DNA of 64,000 bases, from positions 33,468,388 to 33,532,387 of the forward strand of contig NC_092670.1 in NCBI RefSeq assembly GCF_964355755.1, written 5' to 3'. A model generated the notes under the pieces. That model did no database searches, was not told the DNA's origin, and saw only the letters and a list, made by a program, of their open reading frames with translations. This stretch comes from Antedon mediterranea. Its lineage: Eukaryota; Animalia; Echinodermata. Positions 45,145-57,270 of the stretch are shown in pieces (positions within the stretch are counted from its first letter, which is position 1; the number at the start of each line of letters is the position of its first letter). The translations under genes and the position numbers were made by a program.

Positions 45145-45666
45145 TTATATTCATTTATTTTGATCTGTGTGTTGTAATTACACAAATGCAAGGATGTCGA
45201 TCCGTTTTAAATGTTGTTCGATGAACATTTATGCAGCAAAAACAGTTGCTGCTTAAAATACACATTCTATGGGTTTGTCATTGAAACGTTAGGAGGATAT
45301 CATGTGCCCCAATAGCTGCGTCAGTGGATGATAGGCATATTCACATTTTTGGCTAGTATACAAATAATATTGAACTATTAAAACCAGCAAAACAAAAAAA
45401 AGGAGTGTAAAGATTAATGCTTTACATGACAAGGCATTAAACTAAATTGAACTGCTCGAATGAATTATAAAGCAGTATTATTTATATATGTAGGACTTAT
45501 GATATCTATTAAACATTATTATATACTTATATCTACTATCTACAATCAATATATTTGTGTATTTTAAATTCTTAAATTCATAGGTCTTGAATTACGCCAT
45601 GTCTAACCAATTAGTAGATGAATAAAATCTGATATTCTCTTCTCTTCAGAACAAATTAAAATCAAA

Positions 45667-45909
45667 ATGCTGAACTTCGAAAACTATGAAAGTACTGAAG
45701 AAGAACTATTGATTCTTGAAAACAGAAATTACAAATCGTGTTCCGAAGTGAATGACAATGTGATCAAAGAGAATGGCATTCTTGTTAAAGAAGAAAAAAC
45801 AAATTATGTGTACACACGAGAACAGAAAGTTTTATTCATATGCATTGCTCTTTCAAATTTGTTTCAGTACATCTCATGGTCTGTCCTTGCACCGTTCTTT
45901 CCAACCGAG
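45667..45909 (+). CDS. SLC18B1: SLC18B1-like coding exon 1
   Basis: aaaATG start, |gtaggc donor, 243 nt. Confidence 0.88.
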
Positions 45910-48900
45910 GTAGGCCTACTTGTTGTCTTCCTTCTCTACTTTGTAATTGTGTAAATATGATAAATATATTTCTTAATGCACAAAGCTTCTATGCGGTTCA
46001 CATTATTGCCAGGCAATTTTTTTTATCAAGTCAAAATGGAAACATACTTCCATGATGCAGCTAGTAAACTATAAAATATACATTTACGTATGGGAATATG
46101 TTGGTAAATCGCGCCTTTGCTTGCGTACCATCTAGTCAGCGCAATTATGTTTTGACCTTATACCAGGTACCATGTGTACACACACGAAAGTAACGTTTTT
46201 TACCCAAGGATACGAGACGAGCGTCGGCAATGGTCTAACATATTTTTGGGAAAGTGTGTAGAGTTCACCTTCTCAGAGAACTACTATATTTTGTTCTTGC
46301 ATCAGTACTTCCTTGTATGTAGCTAATAATAAATGTTGTAGATCAATATTATAATTACGTTTATTATAGAAGGCCTACCCTCCACTCCATTCCCTATGCC
46401 TTTGTGGGGATATGGTGCTAGTTTTGGTCATTGTGTCCATAAACAGGTTGATTCTATAGCAGTTTGCCTGAACAGCAGCACTACCTTCATTTGTTGGGGG
46501 TTAGCATTGGACATTTTAACATTTTTTTTCCAATCGCAAAATTTGACCTAATACAACATCTTCAACTTTTTAAAATGTATCCTTGATTTTTTCAGAATTG
46601 TTCATTTTCTTTCCATGTTTAAAATTGTTTTAATCATTTACAGCACAAATATTTTTTTTAATTCATTTCTTTTTATCGATACTATTATTATAATTTTAAA
46701 TTTGTAATGTCATAATGTCATTTGAATTATACATATACATATATTGTAAAAACATTAACATAATATATGATTTGACAAAAGGCCGAATAAGAAGCTTTCG
46801 CGCCGCTTGAATTGTTATTCTCTTATTTTAGTCACTTTTAATGTTCTCAAACACTGCAATACAGAGAGTTGTATACATGTGTAGGCCAATGTATTTGATA
46901 TTCATATTTTAAAATTCGTTTTCTGTTTAGGCAGCTAGGTTGGATGCCTCACCCACTCAAGTTGGATTGATTTTCGGCATTTATTCCTTAGTACAATGTT
47001 TGTCTTCACCTGTATTTGGAAAATTTGTAAGTAATTTAGTTTAAATCTATTCATTAAAAGACGCTTGCTATATAAAACTTCAAAATAAATCTAAGCCTAA
47101 ATGATGTTACACAAAAAGATCAACAGTTCGAAACCATAAAGGAACCATTCATTCATGAAGACCTATTTCCTATTATTTCGGATAGTACATTGACATAAAA
47201 CAAGGCCAACAGCCATAAGTCGCGTGCTAAAACGCATAGTGATACCGGATCGACAGAAAGACCGACAGACCGACCGACCGACCGACATAGTGAACTATAG
47301 ATTCGCGTCCACGCGACTAAAAATATTCTTTCACAATCACAACCTAAACACAAACGCTGACTAAGTAGGATTGTGGAAGTACATTACATATTAAACCATT
47401 CCAACTGTCATTAATTCTGTTTTTAGTCGATTGCAAACGCGACTCTATCGGTTGGTCGGTTGGTTTGTCGATCGGTCGGTCTGTCGGTCGGTAAACACTT
47501 ACTCAAATTTGCGCACGCAATTGCAGCCGGCCATGTATTGTAAATGGCCTTGTTAAAACTATGAATGGAGTTCCTCAAATATTTATAACAAGCCCATCAT
47601 ACACATGGCTGCAGTCGCGTGCTTAAATTTGAGCTAGTGTTTACCGACCGACTAACCAACAGACCAACCGACCGACCGACATAGTGAGCTGTAGAGTCGC
47701 GTTTGCATGCGACTAAAAAGAGGGAATGTTATTCGGTGACAAACATCATGCTTGCGCTATTGTACCATATAGCTTCAGTTTTGTAGCATGTTATTAAAGA
47801 ATATTCTAAAGAATTATATTATTACTATTATTATTATTATTATATTATTTTAATAATTAACTCATTTGTCTTGAAAATACAGTATGGTTCGATGGTAATG
47901 TATAGTAATAATGTGGTAATCACGATAATATAATAACCATCTGTCTACCAGCTTAATACAAATAGTATAATGCCGTAAAAAAACAGTAGTACAATTATTT
48001 ATTTGCAATTATATCAAAGACAATACATGTGTGTATGTTGTCTTATTTTTATCGTAAATTGTAAAATTAATAAATACGCAGTATGTATAAAAATAAAGGT
48101 AATTATAAATTATTAATTAATATTAGCCATCTGTGTACCGGCTTTATAGAAATTTATAGTGTGTTTTAAAATAAATTTATGAAATGTTATCAACCGTAGA
48201 AAAAATTATTTTGCAAGATATAAAATTAAAATCCTATCATTTTTAACCCACACATCTATACTTACGCACATAAAAGGTAAATAAAAAAACAGTATGAAAA
48301 CATTTCCATTCTTATTTAATATATAAATATGCGTTCAAGATATTTCTGTGACTTTTACTGGGCAAAATAGAATGTTGTCACCAAGTATAGTAATTTTTTT
48401 GTTTGTCTGTTAGCACGATAGCGCCTACAATTTTCAACACCTTTATCAATAAAATCATCGACATTGGAGTCCGTGGGTCAATCGTCCATTGGACTTGCAG
48501 CTTCCTCAGCTGCAGAGAACAATGTAGAATATAACAACTCCCTATCAAGTGCTATGACGTTAAAAGCTGGTGTCCCCAGGGGACTAAACTTTGCCCCATT
48601 GTATTTCAAATCATGATCAATGATGCTGTTAAGGGTACTAAAACGAAATCCTTAAAATAAGTTGATGACTTATCTGTTTATGAAAATCGTAATATAACAC
48701 AACCAGGTCACTTGCAGCATGATCTTAATAAGTTTCATGACTTATAAGGAATAATATGGACCTGAATCCTGTTAAATGCCAAGCACTACAAATATGTTTT
48801 AGTAAAAGGAATATTCCTGAAGATAAAATTTATATCGGGGGTAACGAACTAGCATTTTTCGCACATGCTAAAATAACTTCGTCACGTTACAAAATAACTT

Positions 48901-51900
48901 AAAATAGGATATTGGGTATATTGTCCTCAAGGCTAATAGGAGGTGTTTTTTTTAAGGAGTTTAACAAATTTGGCTTCAACCCTTATGAACTAGGCTCTGT
49001 CCACTGTGTAGACCCCTACTTGAATATGCCGATGTCGTATGGCACCACGGCTTAATCAAATACCTTAGCAACTCTGTCGAATCAGTCCAACGTAGAGCAT
49101 GCCGTACTATATTGGGAAGGGATTTTAGTTCGTATGACAAAGCTCTAAAGGTCTCTAACATCTCATCCCTCACTGATAGAAGAATAACTCACAGTCTCAA
49201 TTTTGCCAAGGGAATATCTGAGACTGCTGATCTTTTACCGTTGACACGGTTTGAAAGTCATGGTAGGTTGCTCCGTAACAGTAACAAAATTTCACAATAC
49301 TATCCAGAACCGCCCGTTTCATAACAGTCCAATCCCTGATATTCGCCTGCTTACCGCTTGATTAACACTCTTCTTTGTATAATTTATAATTGTGTATGTT
49401 GCAAATTGTGTATATTTGTATTGGTCTGACGGTAGCTGCATGTAAAAGTTACACACAATTTGGCCTTTGGCCACTAGTGGTATCTTGTTGCATGTCTGTT
49501 TTTGGTTTGTCTCTTTTTAATGTTTTATATGAAATAAAAAAATAATAATAATGTTTCGGTGTAAATATATATATAATGTATATACAGAACTTGCCTATTG
49601 AAATTCAAGAAAATCGGTTCATTATTAACTTCACAAATAAAAAACGGACACATTTGTATTCTTTTTACGAAATATAACATGGTGCATAACATGCATCCTC
49701 TGTGGCAATATTTAGCCAAGTACTTCACTCAGTTTCTGATTGCTTTAATTTATTGTTTTAAATTATTTTCTAGCTTCCAGTGATTGGTGCTCGATTTATG
49801 TACATTGCTGGTTACTTCCTGACTGCAGGATGCAACATTGTATTTGGGTAAATGCGTATTCATTATGCAAGGATGTTTTTAAAATAATAAAATACTAAAT
49901 GTCTGACAGTTGACAGAAAGTGAACAAAAAGTAGTATTCCCCAAGCACAAACCTGACTAAAATGGACATAAAACAGAATATAGTTGACCTTATTAATTAA
50001 TTACTCATGACATAAGATGAGTGGTGGCAGCAAGGTTTCACCTTAGTGGAGGCTGGTGTGGAAGTTCCTAAACGCATTTCCAAGTGTTTAATACATTATG
50101 CAGTCACTAGAACCAAGTTGCATGTTTTCATTTCTCGAATTAAACAAATTATGGCAACATATTGTACATCATTCAACATTTAACATGTATTCATTTAGAT
50201 TTTTAGATAAACTTGATCCGGGTTTTGAATTTGTAATATTCTGTGCAGTTACAAGGTCTTTGGAAGCGTTAGGTACTGCTGCCGTCGTGACGGCTGGAAT
50301 GTCACTCATTGCTAATAAGTTCCCAGATGCAATTGGTCAAGTAATGGTAAGGAAAAAGAAATTACAATTAAAATTCTTGGATACAACCTTTTGAGGAGGT
50401 ATATCAGAGAATTAATATTTCTATATGTATGTATTATTACAATATTTCTTTTTCCAGGGGACTGTGGAAGTTTTTGTTGGAGTTGGGTTGATGATAGGTC
50501 CATTTATAGGTGGCGTCCTTTATGAAGTAAGTTCTGTATTAATTACAGAAATATTTAAAGTCATGTGTTCATACCAAAGTAATTTTATGTTACTGTAATA
50601 CATTATACAACTCTCCACAAACATAACATAATAGAAAACTGACTCCTAATAATGAGAGGCAAACTGCACTACGTTATTTAAACATAATCAGTAAATCTAT
50701 TGATTTCCACAAATATATTGAGGTTGTAAATGTTGTGTCAGGGTCATACAACTTTGTTCTGTGTTACATTCCTAACTTGTTGAAAAGGATAAGGCTACGC
50801 CACACTCTATATTAATAATAATAGTAATAATGTCTTTTTGTTATAGATAGGAGGGTACACTTTACCGTTTGCTGTTTTAGGTGGAGTAATGCTTCTGCAT
50901 TCTTTTCTACTACTATTTATTTTACCATTGGATGATGGTATGTTTATGTACTATTAATTGCTTTTTTTTCTAAAATGTTGTTTTTATTAATTTTGTAGTA
51001 TCAGCAAATTTCTGTTGTATTAGCATATTATGGTGATAGTTCCATCAATCAAAGCTGTCAAAATATGCTTTATATAATAGCAAGTAGAATGTGTTTATCA
51101 AATCTCTAAATGTTTTAAATATCATTTCTAACTTCAGAAAATATACGCACAAAAAGTGGCTCATACCTTTGGCTTTTAAGTATACCTGGAACTTGGGTTG
51201 CTACCTCTGCCGCATTTATTGGAGCAGCCTCAGTGACATTTTTAGATCCTACATTATCACCTGAGTTAGAAAAGGTAAGTACAGTATTTTTGAAAAATAA
51301 GATAGTTAAAGACTGCAAAAATACTGTCCTGATTGTAAAACATTGAGTTTACGCAGATCCAAGACTCCTGATGTTTTGTTTGTTTTTGTTTGGTTGGATC
51401 GTATTGTAAGAGAGGGTATAGGAAGGGTTTATTTAACAAGACCAACAGCCATAAGTCGCGTGCTAAAACGCATAGTGATACCGGACCGACGGACCGACAG
51501 ACAGACCGACCGACCAACATAGTGAACTATAGAGTCGCGTCCACGCGACTAAAAATAGTAATCTATTCTTGTAGCTAAATTGAGGTGAGTTAGCCGGGTG
51601 GATCTTGGATACGTTTACTGTATAAAATCATCGCAACTCATGTTATCAAGATATGCTAAAACTACTTTATTTTAATTTCCTTTATTAACCCGAGTATAAT
51701 GCTCATATGCAAATACGCCTACATTGATTTACATGACAAGTGGTCATGTGGATGTAGACCAAACAACTAATTGTTATTCTTTTAACTCAAAAGGTAATGT
51801 GTTAATCTTGAAGTCAGTAATCTTTATTTTATCTCTCCCTTTTTATTTGTCTTTATAGTTTAATTTAACACCGATTCAAGTTGGCCTTGTGTTCTTGTTG

Positions 51901-54887
51901 ATGGGTGTATCATATGGTATTACGGCTCCTATATTTGGATGGCTATCTGACAAATATAACATTTCACGATTACTTATCATTTTTGGATGTTTTCTATCCT
52001 GTGTTGGTTATCTCACACTTGGACCATGGCTTCCTTTACATATTCCCCAGTAAGATATTATTTATATAATGTTTATCTATATATAAATTTACGTAAGGGC
52101 AAAATTCGGTAAATCGTGCCTTACTTCTATAATTTTTACTCGATGGTATATAAAGTTGGTTCGTACTTTCGGTACTGATTTTAACCACCTGATGTAACCC
52201 TGTTTACTAATTAAATTAAGTTAGATAATAAGTTATTGACGGTTAAAACGAATTTAGGTTCCAAGATTTGCCCCAAATAGGGGTGTTTTCCGACCGTGGT
52301 ATACACTGTATAATGGATGTCCGTCTTGAAAAATACCCGCCACAAAAATGCGAGGAGGCTTCGCATTTTCCTATCTCCTCCTACGATAATTGTTTTTAAT
52401 AGCTGAAAACCGGTTGAACAGCTAGAGTACACCATCATAATGTTGAAGACAGGCCGATTTTCTTTAAAAAATACTATTTTGATAGATTTAATATACGATT
52501 ATACAAATCTATTGATTTGCGATGAATGGAACATCCCAATCTCTCAGTCTGCCAGAGTTTGGTTTAACACAAGTACTGTAGGTAAATTTATGAGCCCTTG
52601 GTTTAACACATACGATAGGTAAATATATGGGCCCTTTGAGAATAAACTTGCGAGATTGTGGATAGGCTCTACTGTTAGATATATAAACACATTATTATAT
52701 ACAAATAAACTTTATACTGACAGTTCTTTCTCAACGTTTGTATTAATTAATAATTACCAAATATAAACGTCGTAGTGGTGTATCGTGACATGGTACTTTA
52801 ATATTTCAATCGATTATGACAGTGACAGTTTTAACTAAACTAAATAAAGAATGTTCTCTAATATAATTAGGAATCTCTTGCCATACACGGGGAAAATTAG
52901 TGTACAATGAATATTTAAAATAAATAAATAAATAAATAAAATAAAAAAAGTATTAAATCGCAAATGTTTTACTGTATTTAGAGGTATATTATTTATAGGC
53001 CTATAAAACATGAACAAAATATTTCGTTACTGAGTGGATAAAGAATATATTTAAAAATTGTTCCTCTTTGTACCTATCCGCTTTCCCATCCCTCAACCCT
53101 AATGTTACATACAAAACACAAATTGGGTTTCTCTAAATGAGTCCAAATCAAAAACTTGGACTCATTTTGTGATAAGTTTCTCCTTCGGAAGTAATTCCCA
53201 GGGTGCTAATTTTAGTTGACTACATAAATCATCGTGTCAATTTATTCGTTTCTGTAAACGACAATGTATAGGCCTATAGTCCTGCGGTACGTACATTTGA
53301 AATCGCCAGTTTTGTTACGCTGAAATTACTGTGTATTCGAGAACCATCTGTGGGCACGACCTAGATGGTACGCGAGCGAAGCGAGCGTACCATCTAGTTT
53401 TATAAATTAATGGTAGTTTGTATAGGCCTATTGTAAATAAAAAATAAAGTAGTTAATATAATCATACCGCCAATTTCACCAATTGAGTGTGTACAGTATT
53501 GCTTAGTATAGGCTTATGCTTAAAATGTAGACTACACACAGGGAGATGCCCTGACTACACACGTACACACGTCGCTGTATATGAATGTTTCAGTTTAAGT
53601 TTTGTAAGACAATTATACCCCATGGTGGGCTTATATTGGAGACATTTACATGTAGCTACCCTATAATTTGTGTTTTTTCAACAATTTTACTATTTATTAC
53701 TACATGATGCACAGAGGTTCTTGACTGGTTTTATACAGGCTAATGATTTCCAGTAGACCTATAATTAATTAAAAGTATAAAGATCCTGTTTAATACAAAC
53801 TTTGTTATACATATATACAGCTCAGTAGCCACTATGTGCGTTGGCATAATAGTACTAAACGTAGCCTTTGGGTCTGCTATAACTCCAACATACCAGGATT
53901 ACCTAGGTACTGTGACATTTAATGGTATGCCAGACAACATGTCAACATATGGAGTAGTATCTGGAATGTTCATGTGCGCATATTCATTAGGGTAAGTGAC
54001 TTGACTCTTGTTCAGTAGTGGGAAAAGAATGCAGGCTGGTGTACAGTATGCTGTTTCTATCAATCTTAAAGTTTGTCACACCAGGCCTACAGTATATGAC
54101 TTATTGATTCTAGTTGTTTTATTTCGTTTTTTTATTAACTGGAAGTTTATGAAAATACTATTTGTCTTAGTCTCACATCCACCGATGTTAATTAAAGTGC
54201 GTCCAAAGTTAACATGCTCCGTGAGAGCAGGTTAAAATGTCTAAAAGAGACAGCCAGCATCTAGCTGCATGAATCAGACTATACTATTCATAACTATGTG
54301 GCAGGCCTATGTTGTTGGAAATATTCATTGACATTGTAAGATAATTTCCAAATGTGTAGGCTGATTTGGACTGGGAAGTTGGAATTTAGAAAATCTGATC
54401 AGCATCACAACCATTGTTTTGCTGGTCGGTTCAGTTTATTGAAAGCAGAAAATTGTGCCTATTTCTTTTTGCTTGCCAGAGGCAAAATTCTTCTGGCTTA
54501 GTGCCCAGTTACCAAAGCCTACACACTTGAGATCAGAATTTAATTTTGATAGTATTTGTTCTTTAGGTCATTTACTGGACCATTTCTAGGAGGCTTGTTA
54601 GTTGAAAATCTTAATTTTGGAACGGCATCTTCATTGTTGGGGTTTCTAAACTTCATTTTTGCTGTTGTAATGTTGATCTTCTCTTTATTCGAATACAGAT
54701 TTGGAAAAGGGTAAGTAAATATTATATTATTAAATATTGTGTCAATCCTGTTGCATAAAAATTTGGATTTTGTTTTTACTTAATAAATTTGTCTTTTGTT
54801 AGGAGAAGAAAAATGATATATACCTCAAGATTTAATCATAGGACAGATGGAGGTCAATATCAAGAAATAACATATTGTGCTCAATAA
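45667..54887 (+). CDS. SLC18B1: MFS-type transporter SLC18B1-like (vesicular polyamine transporter family), 482 aa, 11 coding exons
   Basis: Exons 45667-45909, 46931-47026, 49774-49847, 50199-50346, 50458-50526, 50847-50937, 51138-51274, 51859-52049, 53821-53991, 54567-54710 and 54803-54887 give a 1449-nt open frame. Motifs SVLAPFFPTEA, GLMIGPFIGGVLYEIGGYTLPF, FLDPTL and TYGVVSG match SLC18B1. An acceptor at 45649/45650 implies an upstream UTR exon (candidate donor at 43474/43475). Confidence 0.9.
46931..47026 (+). CDS. SLC18B1: SLC18B1-like coding exon 2
   Basis: AARLDASPTQVGLIFG...FGKF, 96 nt. Confidence 0.9.
47199..47323 (-). mobile_element. DINE-1/HINE-like mini Helentron derivative
   Basis: Minus strand: tttttagtcgcgt subTIR with inverted repeat, (GGTC/GTCT)n microsatellite, 3' subTIR acgcgact, small stem-loop and ttgtt. 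A near-identical copy lies at 51435-51555. Confidence 0.8.
47420..47554 (+). mobile_element. DINE-1/HINE-like element
   Basis: tttttagtcg...cgcgactcta, (GGTY)n, 3' hairpin ggccat...atggcc then ttgtt. Confidence 0.75.
47587..47719 (-). mobile_element. DINE-1/HINE-like element
   Basis: Same architecture in reverse orientation. Confidence 0.75.
48420..49500 (+). mobile_element. 5'-truncated, decayed CR1/L2-like LINE (RT C-terminal part)
   Basis: Frameshifted RT motifs GVPQGTKL(C)PIVFQIMIND, K*VDD (YVDD-like), RPLLEYADVVWH and ESVQRRACR. Confidence 0.8.
49774..49847 (+). CDS. SLC18B1: SLC18B1-like coding exon 3
   Basis: LPVIGARFMY...IVFG, 74 nt. Confidence 0.9.
50199..50346 (+). CDS. SLC18B1: SLC18B1-like coding exon 4
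   Basis: FLDKL...RSLEALG...FPDAIGQVM, 148 nt. Confidence 0.9.
50458..50526 (+). CDS. SLC18B1: SLC18B1-like coding exon 5
   Basis: GTVEVFVGVGLMIGPFIGGVLYE, 69 nt. Confidence 0.9.
50847..50937 (+). CDS. SLC18B1: SLC18B1-like coding exon 6
   Basis: IGGYTLPFAVLG...LPLDD, 91 nt. Confidence 0.9.
51138..51274 (+). CDS. SLC18B1: SLC18B1-like coding exon 7
   Basis: ...FLDPTLSPELEK, 137 nt. Confidence 0.9.
51435..51555 (-). mobile_element. DINE-1/HINE-like element
   Basis: Near-identical to 47199-47323. Confidence 0.8.
51859..52049 (+). CDS. SLC18B1: SLC18B1-like coding exon 8
   Basis: FNLTPIQVGLVF...APIFGWLSDK, 191 nt. Confidence 0.9.
52087..53397 (+). mobile_element. Possible second Helitron-like non-autonomous element
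   Basis: Perfect 13-bp hairpin ending in CTAG|T at 53361-53397. The left end tttacgtaaggg...ggtaaatcgtgcc resembles 46083-46135, which also carries gcgtaccatctag. Confidence 0.4.
53821..53991 (+). CDS. SLC18B1: SLC18B1-like coding exon 9
   Basis: ...GMPDNMSTYGVVSGMFMCAYSLG, 171 nt. Confidence 0.9.
54567..54710 (+). CDS. SLC18B1: SLC18B1-like coding exon 10
   Basis: SFTGPFLGGLLVE..., 144 nt. Confidence 0.9.
54803..54887 (+). CDS. SLC18B1: SLC18B1-like last coding exon
   Basis: RRKMIY...GQYQEITYCAQ*, TAA at 54885-54887. Confidence 0.75.
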
Positions 54888-55848
54888 ACAGATCGCAGAC
54901 GAAGTAGAGCAAAATCAGGAATTGAACTAAGTGATAGTTCTGCTACTAGTTTCTAGTTACTCGTTAACTCCCTAAAATCTCGTCATTATGGTTACGTATT
55001 ACTCGACGGTTGTTAACTTTCTGAAATCTCCTCTTATAGTCCTTTAAACAAGTAAAACCAGGAATTGAACCACTTATGACATTGCTAAAAGTATAATAAT
55101 TGTGTTAATCGTTTTTAACTTTCGGAAATCTTGTCATTATAGTTCTTTGTCGAAATTCCACCCCGAAAAAATCCCTGTGCTATAAGATGGTGGAAAAGAT
55201 CAAAACCAGTAATTAAACCAGTTCCACTGATAGAGCCTATCTTGCTATCTCACTTTATACGAGAATCAGATATGTAACAGGATCCATATCTTCTGGAAGA
55301 TGTACTTTTAATCTTCCTCAGTGATAATATAATTTATTACATAGCCTATAACTGAACATAAAAGGTTAAAATATATTTTCTTATATTAGATAAGAATTTT
55401 TTTAGTAATTTTAATTTTGATGATCAAGGTGCGCTGAAAAATACAGTTTATTTATGAATAATTATAGGCCTATTATATAAGTTTTATTCATTAAATAAAA
55501 TATTGATGTAAACCTTGTATTCAAGAAGCACATTGTTTTAATTGCGTTTTCTCTTATTTTTACGTTTTTCATTGATTTTTACGATGTGCAGCTTTACTTT
55601 AAATGGTCGTCTCAATATAAATACGAAAAAGATATGCATCTCTAGTTGTGTTTTTTTAATTCTTTTACGAAATGTCAACACATGAAACAGGTCCTGTAAG
55701 TCATCTTGACATTTGTTTCACTTTTACCTTTTAGCTAGAAATCTTGAATGAGCTTATTAGCAAACTTACAATTAGTCAAACTTAATGTAATTAATATAAA
55801 GAAATTGAACTGTTGTGCCAGGGCGTGTGCTTTTGTAATTGCTACTTA

Positions 55849-56798
55849 AGCCTATTTTCCACTAGGCAAATTGTTGGCGCGAATCTAACGTTTCGAAGAG
55901 AACAAAATCGCCTACTCTCTTTCAACTACATGAGCGAATATCTGCGACGTTCAAGTTTCTCGCGTGGTTGCTGAGCATTTCGATTCGCATGAGTGCTCAT
56001 GAAAGCGTCATAGCTCATTCCCTGAGCTCTGATTGGTTGCGCAATATTTCGCTTTGCAAAAAGTAGAAACAATTCGAACTATACCCCTTTCATACCAAAA
56101 GCAAAACTCCGGAGACACTCCGGAGACACCCCGGAGTTGACGCCCCGCTGTTTGGTGTGAAAGGTAAAATCAAGCAACTCCGGAGTTTAAAACTGCGGGG
56201 TTGAACAGCTGAACATTCTCCGGAGAGCGAACTGCGGGGACACCCCGGTGTTTTGGTGTGAAAGGTACCAACATCAAACTCCGGAGTGTTTCGGGTCAAA
56301 AGGTTATCCTCGCAATCAATTATTTATTTAGTTTTATTTTAAAACACTATAAATATTTGTAAAAAATATATAGCGGGTCTAGAAAATAATAAGTAGTATA
56401 AATAAAACATTATATTACTTCTGAGACTTTTGAAAGTAATTATTAAATTTAAAATATTATTAATTAAAATGATTCTAATGATCGTCGCTATGTAAACAAA
56501 CAAAATAGAGGGCGACATTTGCAATTTTATTTTATAAACCCCGGTGTTGCTAGGTTGGTGTGAAAGGGGTATCTCCGGAGTTTCTCGACGTTTTGAATGG
56601 TCATAAACCCCGGGGTGTCTCCGGAGACACTCCGAAGTTTTGGTGTGAAAGGGGTACTAGTAAATTTCGCTGAAGCGAAAAATCAAAGGAACTAGAATTC
56701 GTCAAAGGAGGGAATGACAGACAGAAACTCGAATACGCACGCGCATAGCATGACGCTTTCGATTCGCGCGAACAAATTCACCTAGGGAAAAATCGGCT
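55849..56798. mobile_element. Nested Harbinger-like MITEs (inner 56082-56656)
   Basis: Outer TIR agcctattttccactaggcaaatt / aattcacctagggaaaaatcggct with TTA TSD. Inner TIR tacccctttcataccaaa / tttggtgtgaaaggggta with CTA TSD. Confidence 0.8.
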
Positions 56799-57270
56799 TT
56801 ATGTCGAATCAATTCGTTTTTTGTAACTGCGTAAGCTAAGAAATATGTTAGCTTTCTGGTCGTCGTTACTTACAAGGTTGGGCCCTGGGGAACTTTAATT
56901 GAATGCCTGCCAAACTAATAGCCTTTCTAGTTTAATTCAGAGGCACATGGAGCTTCTGCTAGAAGACAGAAAAAATGTTTTGACTTGTCAAAAAGGTTTT
57001 TGAATAACAAACATTAGGACTGAAACTTACAATTTTCATCATTCACAAAACAATTTTGAAACGAATTGGTTTATTTGTATTAAATGTGAGTACAAGTTTG
57101 TTACATTTCGTTAATATTTTCATACAATAATCTAGTTATAATTGTATAATTTATTTTTGGAATGCTCTTTTTAGAACTACTGTATTTGATTCAGGTACAA
57201 TAAAAATGAGTCAATAAAACACAAGTACATGTTGTTTATTTAGAAGAACAGTTCTACAAAATAGTCATAT

